A stretch of 64,000 nucleotides of DNA from Paraspadella gotoi (Eukaryota; Animalia; Chaetognatha), in the NCBI GenBank assembly GCA_051294375.1, contig CM119263.1, positions 5,782,382 through 5,846,381 on the forward strand. The letters run 5' to 3'. Shown here one piece after another: positions 38,673 to 49,516 of this stretch (positions within the stretch are counted from its first letter, which is position 1; each line of letters starts with the position of its first letter). The notes beneath the pieces are model-generated. The model ran no database searches. It was given only the letters and a program-made list of their open reading frames with translations, and was not told the DNA's origin. The translations under genes were made by a program, and so were the position numbers.

Positions 38673-39121
38673 TTTGTTACGGAGCTGAGTTTGTTGTTAT
38701 TGTTGTAGTTAATTTGACCGAAGATGGTCTTTGTTCCGCGATTCTTGGTCTGTAATTTAAAAAAAATAGATAAGCTTTTTATGAAAAAAGATAAGATGTT
38801 TCAGTCTAGCCAGTTCTTCGCCAGACTTTTGAGTACGTTTAAATAACAAAAAAAGAAAAGTTTTATATAAAAAAAAGTACAAGTCGAAGCAGAAAGTCTG
38901 TAAATATATTTTTTTTTGTTTCCGGATCCAAAGGAAAAAAAATACGGAATTTTAATTGAAATTCAACTGAACTTAAAAAAAAAGAACCGACGAATTTCGT
39001 TTTGTTTTTAATGGCGTTTAACTTTAAGTGTAAAAAAGTTAAAGACGAAAAATAATCAGAATTTAGAGTAATCTATTTCGCAGATGCTGGAGTAAAAGAA
39101 TATTTAGTGAGACAGAGAGAG

Positions 39122-39152
<31 letters not shown>

Positions 39153-39161
39153 GAGATGAGA

Positions 39162-39227
<66 letters not shown>

Positions 39228-39507
39228 AGAAGAGAGAGAATAGTAATTATATAGGGAAGAGAGAATCTCTCCTCTATTTTTAGAACAGGACGTGATTTTT
39301 TCAGCTCACGGATCCAAAGCGACGAATATCACGGGAGAAATGTTTGTGTTTTCGCTTTTTTTCTTTTTGAGAATTTTGTCTCGTGACGTTAAAATTCGAT
39401 TCCGTCTTCGCTATAAGAGAATTGACCTTTTCAGACAACGTTACCGACCGGACTCTCATAGCGATCGGTTTTTCTGTCCGTCGATCCGTCGAATTGAAGT
39501 TTCTCGA

Positions 39508-39572
<65 letters not shown>

Positions 39573-39753
39573 CTCTCTCCTCTCTCTTCTCATCTCCTCT
39601 CTCTTCTCTCTGAAACCCATAGGGGCGAACCCCGATGACGACGAGCCTTTGTTATCGTCGTTGACATCGTCGTCGTCCCCGTACAAAGTTCGGTGACCCA
39701 AAGCAAATTTGGTTCGACCGTCGATTTCACCGAAAACCGGATTCTGTCGCGGG

Positions 39754-39787
39754 TCACGTGATTAAGTCATGTGATGGATTCACGTGA
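39754..39787. promoter_or_regulatory. Cluster of three MiT/TFE/USF-type E-boxes
   Basis: TCACGTGA (39754), TCATGTGA (39767), TCACGTGA (39780); about 1.1 kb upstream of the FAM43-like ATG. Confidence 0.45.
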
Positions 39788-42485
39788 AAAAATGAATGAA
39801 AGAAAAAAGAAGAAATTGAAGAAAACGAAAGGAAAACAATGAAGTCGAGTTGAATGTTTTGACCGAAAAGAATCGAATCGTTTCGCGTTTAAAAAATCCG
39901 CGAGTCAATGAGAGGAAAGGATTTATTGTTAAGAAATTGGTACTTACTATATTTATAAAAGTTATACTTTGAGTTCGGAGCGGCAAAGGAGGGTTAAAGC
40001 ATCCCTCCTTACGACAAGACGTTAATAGAACAGAACCCTGCAAGTTTTATACATAAATAGATAAATATAGCCATGCTGACGAAATTAAACAGAACAAAAG
40101 CAGACAAAATTTTAATGTTTTTGTTTTTGTTGTTGTTGTTGTTGTTGCATTGAAAAACGCAGAAAATAAAGATTTGTAATTTTGTTGATTTAAATGATGA
40201 AATGATGAAATGATGATTTAAATGATGAACACAAAAACGAAGACTCAATATTCGTCATTAAAAAAATAAATTCTAAATATGATTTTTTTTTCTGTTTATT
40301 CACCCTCAGAGTTGAGATAGAACAGATTTGACTCAAAGGATAAAGATGAGGGAAAATAATAAAAAAGAAAGAAAAGGAAAGAAAGAATCGGATGCCACAG
40401 ATTCTGATCAGAGCAGGTGAATATCTCAGGATTTTGGAAAGAAAGAAAGATTGAAAGAAAGACATATAAATAATAATGTAGAGTAGACCCAAAAAAAAGA
40501 CAATAAGAAAGAGAGGAAGAGAGTAAATAAGAAAAAAGTGTAGAAATTTAGAAAGAATATAATACGAGAAATGAGGAGCAATTTTTTTTCCCCGGTTGCA
40601 TATTTTCTTTCGCTTTTCAAAATCTTTGTCGATTTGAGTCGACGTCATTTCAACGCGAAATTCTGTTTGTTTAATGGAAAAAAACATTTTGTTTGACTCA
40701 ATCAACCAATCGGCTGAATCCACCGAACGGTTGAATTTACCGATCGGCTAAAATAGAAAACCAATCGGCTGAATCATTGAATATAGTATTGGTTGATTTG
40801 AAAAACAATCTCAACGCTGAAAAACTTGAAAAGTAAATCTTATCTAATCTCTCTTTTTTTTGGATCCTTTGAAATTAGATTATTGAAGGAGAGAAAAAAA
40901 AATTTAAATAAAAAACGACTGATTAAAGAAAATATTTGTTAATTTACACTCATTGTGAAATGTTTGTTAGGTTTTATTAGGTGAAGTCGTGATTTCAAAT
41001 TGCCTTCGTTAAAATTTCCTATCGAAAACGAAAACTTGAGAAAAAAAAAATGAATTGCGTTGAAAATGTTTGGAGTCATTTATGGCTTTGGCAGAATCGA
41101 AGGAGGTCCCTTCAAAGTAGCAGTAAATATCATTCTCTTACTCTATTCTTTTCGCCAATACAATTTTTGACATTTATGCCGTAAAATTAAGACGAGAATT
41201 GTTTTTTTTTTTCGAATCGAGAGAGAAATTTCCTTCGGATTTCAAGACTTTTTCTCTTCTATTTTTTTTCCCTTTGCTAATAGATAATTTTATTCTTTTT
41301 CGAGCAAAGATAAATTTGAGTTTTGAATTGCGGATCGATATGCAAGGACACGAGCAAAGGGAAAACAAAGAAGTTCGACCGGAACTCTCTTATTGTTTTA
41401 AGAGTTGAACTTTAAATTTTACAGTCGTGAGATAAAAGAGTTTTATTTCGTTTGATTTGTGGTCCTTAAGCGGATATTGGATCATAATGTTCTTCCATAA
41501 CGCAATTAACAACAATTTGATTTTAACCGTAAAATAGAAAAGCCTTTTCAATTCTTATCATATCGATTATATGTTTATTTAGTAATTAATTAGTTTTTAT
41601 TATATTACACCATAATATTAAAGCAAAGAGAACAAATAGTTAATGGAAATGCAAAATTGTTGCAAAAAAATTAGTTCCCGTTGGAAATGGTTAGTGCGTC
41701 GTCCCGCACCGTAATTATGCACTTTTTCTTCGAACTTAATGGTCGTAGGTTCTCGCCCTGGTCGCACCAGATAGACTTCACGGTACCAAGCTCACTGCCG
41801 GATCCATTGTGACTCCATCTTCTCTCGATCATTTCAAATTTATTTTTTAATTTAAAGCGAATTTAACAATCAGATTAAAATAGATCTAATGAGTGATTAC
41901 TAAATTAATTTTTTATCAAATAACAAGAAATGACTTCATTAGTTTACGTTTTGATTCTTTCTCCAATTGAGGGAGAAATCATGAAAATATTTTTAACTAC
42001 AGCTGTTTACTAATCAACTAACATGCTACCCAGAATTTTTCAGGTAGAATAAAATAGAACTAAAACAAGTTGGTCATTCTAATTCGTTCATTGTCTTAAA
42101 CAAGTGACGATTAGTCAGTTAGAAAATAATGACGACAACGATAAAGTTGACATTTAAATATTGTTTCAAGTTTCTTGCGTCAGAGCTGCCGCCGCCGCTT
42201 TAGCAGCTGCAGAGAAACAGGTAATATTCTGTAAAGTATATAACGTTAGAAGAGAAGCAAATTTTTTTTAAAAAATTTAAAAATTAAGCAAAATCATTTT
42301 AAGCTAAGCCAATAAATATTTAATTTATCTCACTCGTTCTTTTCCTTGAGCAAGATCAATTTTGTTTGTTTAAAAATTTTTGCGGTCGGTCGGTCGGTCT
42401 TTCATAGGTTTACACGACGCTCATAACTCTGTTACAAATGTAGGACCTTTATTGCGCTTATGTATTATACTTGTGCAGTCACTTG

Positions 42486-42708
42486 TGAAGAGACAGAAAT
42501 AATTATAATGAGTTAGTGACAAAATAGCAGTCCCTGAGCTTCGGATCAGGTTGTAACACCGTGTTACAGGCGGGTTAAGCGCCCCGTCCGTCTTTACTGC
42601 TACGCGGACACCGGGCTATAACCCCAGACCTTAGGGTTGGGAGGAGAATGAGTTGCCTCCTGCGCCAATGGCCGCTGATAAACGATCGGTGGATTTTAGT
42701 CCACCATA
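42486..42708 (-). mobile_element. Solo LTR of the tRNA-bearing TRIM family
   Basis: Reverse-complement match along the LTR from the GGTGGAC..TCCACC hairpin to the CTGTCTCTTCA end; flanked by direct repeat (A)CTTG at 42481-42485 and 42708-42712. Confidence 0.8.
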
Positions 42709-42875
42709 CTTGCACACTTGCAATGCACAGTGCACACTTAACAAGCGATCGTTGAACTTGCCGATTCTTGTTAATTTAATTGGAATCATAATCGTACATT
42801 AAAGTATATTACAATGAAAAAGTATTAAAACCAAATTCAAGGTATGTACATGTTGATGTTCTTTTTGCTCTCTAG

Positions 42876-42888
42876 AAGATGCAACCAC

Positions 42889-42924
<36 letters not shown>

Positions 42925-43127
42925 AGTCGACGATAACCAATACGATCAAGGGCGGATCAACCGGTCGTATGATGATGGCTGAAACGATTTCCTTTGGATC
43001 TCAAAATCCGTCGCCTTCTCGACCAACGCCAACGGGAAAAGTTGATATCAAAATCAAAGAGAAGGATCACCAGTTATGCTACCTGTTCAACCTGACAATG
43101 ATATTTGGTTCAGATAAACCTGGTTAA
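42876..43127 (+). CDS. Thr-rich paralogue of the 47754 orphan gene (exon; upstream exons uncertain)
   Basis: TCTAG acceptor; MQPPTTTTT...KSTITNTIKGGST shares T-run plus ITNTIxGGST with the 47754 exon; candidate upstream exon 42171-42220 (AAAAALAAAEKQ|GTAATA). Confidence 0.45.
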
Positions 43128-43329
43128 ACGAATATAAGAAAGTCAGAAAAGAAAAATTTGAAAACCTAGTTCTTTCTTTGTTATTTTCGATGATTGACTT
43201 GTCAACTGGTAAGGTATATTTCTCAAGTATTACGCCGTCCAAAAAGGCGCAGTTTGTTGGCTATAAGGGGACAGTTTCAACTGCGCCCTCTTTCTGTTCA
43301 CGAAAACTGTCTTCTTTTCCGCTGTTTTA

Positions 43330-43442
43330 GGGAATCCCCGCCACTATTTTTTATGGGGATTAACATTTGAAGCCCTCAGCATTATCCACGGCGGGGAATC
43401 CCCGCCACTATTTTTGATGGGGATTGATATTTGAAGCCCTAT
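43330..43442. repeat. Two-copy tandem repeat of about 64 bp
   Basis: gggaatccccgccactattttt.atggggatt.a.atttgaagccct occurs twice. Confidence 0.8.
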
Positions 43443-43882
43443 CCCCGACCCGAATCACAAAATCTGTTCATCATCGGCAGTCCTTGTTATAAAAATATTT
43501 TAACTGAAATAACATAAAAAATATTAATGAATCCTAATTTAAAAAATAAATAATATAATTTGCTTGATGGCTGAGAATAGATTCGGTCTTTGCATACCAG
43601 AAAAAAAATTAGAAAGTTAGTAGAAATAATAATTTATTCATAATGAATTAGCACAGTACTTCGAAGACTTCTGTCTTCCTCTAAGGTACAAACAATAAAA
43701 AAAAAAAAATTGTATCTATTAGGTTCACATAACTTGCTTCACAGAAGTCTCTTCCCTCTCACATTTTTTAATCATATAAGTTTCTTCTTATAAATTTTTT
43801 ATTGTCAGTTAGAAACCTGTTCCTTCTAAAATACAGTTCTTGGAAAGTTTTTACAAAAAATTTTAGTTTCTAAAAAATTTTT

Positions 43883-45487
43883 TGTTTCACTTTGAATAAA
43901 TAGTTAGTAATTGTTCAATTAGCCTCAGCACTAAGAATTTCGCCTGACTCCAAGAACGCCCATGTTGATAACAGGTGAATGTAGTTGTAGAGTTAAAAAC
44001 CTTCAGTAAACAATAATAAACATAACAAACATATTTCTTCATAGTTCATGTCATAACATACTTAGTAGGCATTCTCCGGAGGAGTGAGAAAAATTATTAA
44101 TCTTTCTGCCGCAGCGTTGAATCCTGGGCGCGTTCAAAACTCAGTAATCCAAACCTTTTCTAAAATTCCTTGACGAACGCTTTAAGCAAAAATCATTGTT
44201 TACGTTACGAGCGCCAGATTTTCACGCGCGGGCACGACCTCTCTTAACACTCCCCCCTGGTACGTACACGGACACTAATAACAATAGAGAGGTCGTGCCG
44301 CTACTTTACCACCGCTGCTCTTGCCCTGTGGCAGTAAGAGCCGTCTGCAATTTGGTCACACTCAGCATGCATTGGCGGTCGGCGATCCTCATTGCGTCGT
44401 CCACGTTATCCAATGACTCCCTCGTTGAGACACCTTCAATTACAATCCGCCTTCCCAATCTGTCTCCAACTTAGTTTCGTTAGCTGCTCCGCTCTCTGCT
44501 CTCTCCTCTTCTTTCATTGTCATCCACGTCTGCACTCTAACTTCCATTCTCTGCTGCCTTTCCTCCACCTTCATTATTCTTTCTTCAGTTCCGTTTCGAA
44601 TTTCTCTCAACTTTTCTTTGAGCTCATCCTCTTTTATCCACCCCTGCGTTTTGCTTCTCCTCACATCTCGTATTCTATATTCGTTCGTTCTTTCCTCGTC
44701 TCTCTATCGCTATAACACTCTTTCTCTGCCAATTTCTAAGTCCTTGTACCAACCTTTGCGAAATCAATCTCGCAAGACGATTGAGACGACGTCGTTACCG
44801 ATAGTTCTAGCTTTTGAGAACGGTTTAACGCTGAACTCCAAGTAGGTGAAGACTCATGTCGCGGGCTTGGCGACGAGCAGATCATCGGGCGATGTTGCCA
44901 TCCAATGCTTCGATGTCTAATTCGCGTGTTTCTGGCGAGGACGGCCTCGAGAACCCGTCCCTTTATTGGTAGCTCCCTCTTTGACCTCCTCACAGCGATC
45001 AAGGTTATGATCTTCTGCCGCTCTGGCTGCTGCTGCTGTCGGCTGATTTAGGTTTAGTTAGGAATTTAAATTGTTGAATTTAGAATTATAGTTTAGTTTA
45101 TTTTAATCCCGGATTATGACATATAAGTTTTTAATATTAGTATTGTTCATAGCGCTCAGCAAGCTAGAATTTCCCTGACTCCAAAGAAACGCCCATGTTG
45201 ATAACGGTGATGGTTAGTGGTAGAGTTAAAAACCTTCAGTAAACATAATAAACATAACAAACTATATTTCTCATAGTTCATGTCAATAACATACTTAAGT
45301 AGGCATTCTCCGGGGATGTGAAAAATTATAATCTTCTGCCTGCAAAGCGCGTTTTGAATCCTGGCGCGTGTCAAACTCAGTTATCAACCTTTTTCTAAAT
45401 CCTTGACGAACGCTAAGCAAAAATCATTGTTTAAAGTTAACGACGCCAAGATTTCACGTGCAGCGACGCACAGACCTCTCTTAAACA
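43883..45487 (-). mobile_element. Internally deleted LTR retrotransposon (about 1.6 kb)
   Basis: Direct repeats of about 360 bp (about 43883-44249 and 45126-45487) starting TGTT on the minus strand; PPT AGGGGGGAG at 44250-44258; weak PBS-like TGTCATAATCCGGGAT at 45106-45121; interior has broken Glu/Lys/Arg coiled-coil gag-like frames; no TSD seen. Confidence 0.75.
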
Positions 45488-46117
45488 TTGATAAAAAGAA
45501 ATATGTTAAGGAAAAATTATTAAATATAAAATAATCTAAAAAATATCAAAATAAAATTTATACAGTTTAAAAACTTTTATTGTTTTAGTCATTTCTGTAG
45601 ATAAATTATATTATATAAAATTTTTTTTTTTAGTTGCAGCAACATAGAAAAAAAATTATTTTTTTTAATTCCTCTTTCTTTTTCATACTAAATCACTCAC
45701 CATAAACAAACCTAAGATAAATATACCTAATCCCTAAGCCTAACTTCAAACCCAGCTTAAACAAAAGGCAAGTTTGAGAAACAATGTCAGATCTGCCCCA
45801 CGATCATAGTGATAATTAATTAATTAATCAGTTAAAACATTAATTAAATTAATAAATTAATTGTTTGTACACAAACTTAATTCATTGATTGAAAGATGGA
45901 TTTTTTCTTTCTTTTTTCTTTTCTTTTTTCTTTTCTTTTCTTAGTTTTTATTTCCTTCTTCCTTTCTTTCTTTCTTTTTCTTTTTTTCTTCTATCTTTCT
46001 TTTTTTCTTTCTTATTTTTTTTCTTGTTTTTTTTATCTTTCTTTCGTCTTTTTCTTCGAGAGAGAAAGAGAGACACAATTCCAGAGAGAGAGAAGAGAGA
46101 GTGAGAGAGGAGAGAGA

Positions 46118-46153
<36 letters not shown>

Positions 46154-46172
46154 AATAGAGAACAGAAAAAAA

Positions 46173-46219
<47 letters not shown>

Positions 46220-47753
46220 CAGGAGAGAGAGAGAGAGATAGATAAGTGGCCCATTGTCTTGTCCCCGCAATGAATTGGGGCGGGGATTTGCCGGGAATGA
46301 TATCCCGGCGAAGACCGCCGCAGGGCGTAGTTCGGGTGAACTTATCGTTAGCTTCCCCGAAACTGCGCGAAGGTTTAACAGGTTTTAAACTGCAAGATAT
46401 GGCCCGCGAAATATCTCATATTTCTTTCTTAAAAAACTCAAAACCGCAAAAAACCGCAACAGACCATAATAGCCAAAACGATTACTAACTAATAAAACTA
46501 TTAATCAATTTTTTAATAATAAATAAACCTGTTTAAACGAGTAACTGCAAGAAAATTTAAATTCTTGAACATAGTTAATTTCTTATATATTTTGCGCGAA
46601 TGTCTGTGGTTGAATACCTTATTTGAAAAATAAAATTCTCTCTTAATTTTAAAAATCCAATGAATCGCAATCAAACCCAGACTAAGTAACCCCTTCCTTT
46701 ATCTAGTAAAACCTATAGATATTAACCAGCAGTGATAAACCTGGTTAAAACGAGTTAACATGAAGTAAAAAAAAATGTTTTTGTAAATTCTTTTTAATGT
46801 AAAATAACATGAAGTATGCTAAAAAAAATTATATTACTTTATACGTATGAAAAATAACATTTTGTCCTTATGCATATATCCAAGGGGAGACAATCAGCTT
46901 TCGAACGCGTATCATTTTATGCAATTAACCATAGTATAAAGAAAATGGCAGTTGGCCAATAAAAAAATAATTTATTTTAGAGGAGTAAAAGAAAAGTAAA
47001 AAGAAAGGAAAAGAAAGGTTACGAGTTTTAGCGATCTTTTCTGGTCAAAAGCCCGCAAGAACCATCTACTTTATCAGTTAACCTATCAAAATCGAAATCG
47101 ATGAATGACTTTTTTCACTCGATTTTGAATTTTTTTTTTTCCTGGAGGTCTGAGGCACCCGTGGCGACTGCTTACTGCGCCTTTCGTTGAAACAGGTTAT
47201 ATTCTCTTATCAGAGATAAGTTTTAACTTTCGAGATTAAGAAACCCGAAGAAAAAAATTTCGCCAGTCAGCATGAATGGACTTTAATGGCAAAAGCTTCA
47301 TTAAAATAAAAACAAGAAACACGCTCAACACATCGGGACGAAGTGAACAAAATTTATTCTGAGTCGATTATCATTCGATTCATCTGTTTTTAAAGAGACA
47401 AGGTAAGCCTCATGAAAGATTCCAAGGTCCATGGTTTTAGCTTGAGTGTCGCCTCAAGTGAGTCAATTATGGTTCATCAATCAATCACAATTTTTGTTTT
47501 TTATTTTATTAAGCGTCTTTTAAATAAAAAAAATTATAACGAAATAGACAAGAAATTTACTTAATTAAGAAGTATGCCTTATTAGTTACTAACTTACTAT
47601 CAATATTTTTAATTTAAACAACCGCAAATAGAATTTTTAACAATTGAAGAAGTCTAATACATATGTCATTTTATTTCCAATTTACTTAATTGAAAAAATA
47701 AAGTATATAACTTACCTAATTTCTTTTTTTGTTTCTCTTATCATTGTCGTCAG

Positions 47754-48092
47754 ATGGTCCGACCCACAACGACGACGACGCCAATGACGACGACGACGCC
47801 AACGACGACGACATCTATAACCAATACCATAACTGGCGGGTCCACCGTCCTTTCCGTGAGCTCAGATAGACTCTTCTTAAATATGGGCGCACCGCCTTCA
47901 AACTTTCCCGCACCACAAGCTGGAGCACCACAAGCTGGAGCACCGCACGCTGGAGCACCCCACTCTGGACCGTCAGCGGGCAACGTCACCATATTCAACC
48001 ACGAAACCGCTCACGCCGTCGGATTCCGTCACAATGTGAGAGGAGATGCTTATGTGGAGGATTCCGAAATCACCAGGGATATTATGCGACAG
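47754..48092 (+). CDS. Orphan Thr/Gly/Ala/Pro-rich protein, coding exon A (contains HExxHxxGxxH)
   Basis: Polypyrimidine tract plus CAG|ATG; open frame MVRPTTT...GAPQAGAPQAGAPH...HETAHAVGFRH...DIMRQ; donor GTGAGG, phase 0. Confidence 0.6.
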
Positions 48093-48147
48093 GTGAGGAT
48101 CTCTCTCTCTCTCTCTCTCTCTCTCCCTCTCTCGCTCTCTTCGTCTC

Positions 48148-48192
<45 letters not shown>

Positions 48193-48732
48193 GCTCTCTC
48201 TCTCTCTCTCTCTCTCTCCCTCTTCTCGCTCTCTCTCTCTTCTTTTCTCTCTTTCCTATCATGAAAAAGCTGAGTATCGGTCAGAATCATTTATCATCAC
48301 GTATTGTTATTTTCGGTGTAAGAAAATGTGAAAATCCAAGAGTGCAAAAAAAAAAACTAAAGAAAAAAAACAGTCTCTTCGCGAGGCGTGGGTTTTCGAA
48401 TCCTCACGCTGCCACCACATTGAAGGAAAAACTCATGGATTTCACGATTTAAATCGAAACAAGTTGTTTTGACAGTTACATTGGTTCTGCAAGCTGATTG
48501 GTCTATTCCGATTCCGTCTTGACCAATCTCGATTCCATTCCTGCGGAGATCGCCCGACCCTCCGATACGATCCATTTCTGTTTTGGGTCAGGTTGATTCT
48601 CCTGCGAAGATACAATATACAGATGAATATGTAGTGATACCTTTTTTTAGCGTTATCAGGTTATCTGAAATGTTTTAAACTAATACTAAAAAATAAGTTT
48701 AACTAACACATATTTTCATTTTTAAAATTTAG

Positions 48733-48915
48733 TTCATCGCTGCGCATTCGCCCTCTGGAGCGACTGGTAGAGCGCCTGTGGGAGCGACTGGAGGAGCGCC
48801 TGGTGTAGCGCCTGGTGAACCGGTTGGTGAAGCCATTGCAGGAGCTTCAGCGGCGTGTGGACTTTTTGGAGTAGATAAAGTAGAATTCATGGACACTGAA
48901 CAAAATTGTTTATAA
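48733..48915 (+). CDS. Orphan protein, terminal coding exon B
   Basis: TTTAG acceptor, phase 0; FIAAHSPSGATGRAPVGATGGAPGVAPGEPVG...MDTEQNCL*, same GAP-rich composition as exon A; AATAAA about 55 nt downstream. Confidence 0.55.
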   Translation, partial: FIAAHSPSGATGRAPVGATGGAPGVAPGEPVGEAIAGASAACGLFGVDKVEFMDTEQNCL

Positions 48916-49485
48916 AAACGATGATTAATGTTGTTTCATATTATTTCAGTTTTTATGTCGCAAATTTAAATAAATAAAAAAAGACGATTATTAAATCAGT
49001 TTGATATTTTTTGACTGCTCAACTGCTAATCATGTAATAGCTCATGGATATTTTAATTAAAAACAGTGATTGGTCGGTTGAATTTTTTTTATTGAAATCA
49101 GAAAAGCGAATGGAATCTTAATCTTAATCTTAATCTTAATCTTAATCTTAATCTTAATCTTAAACTTAGACTCTCATCGGATTCAATGCCACTTACTCAA
49201 ATATTAAGATAAAATATAAACATTTTTTTTTGTCTTCCTCCTTTTCTTCCTCCTTCTCTTCCTCCTCCTCCTCTTCCTCCCTCATATATCCCCTCTTATA
49301 CACGCCCTCACCTCATTTGCGCCATGAATGAGTCGACAGAGAGAGAGAGAGAGAGAGAGAGAGTGTGTGAGTCATTTGGAAATCTGCTTGGGTTGATTGG
49401 TTGTTAAACAAAGCGACGATTTGTCCCCCGTTTGAATTAAGAGGAGAGAGAGAGAGAGAGAGAGAAGAGAAGGAGAGAGAGAGGT

Positions 49486-49516
<31 letters not shown>

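Noticed and set aside
41675-41830. tRNA-derived SINE head
   Set aside because: Only weak A/B-box-like matches and a single copy in the window
49111-49165. Telomeric repeat
   Set aside because: (AATCTT)n is a short interstitial microsatellite, not a known animal telomere unit
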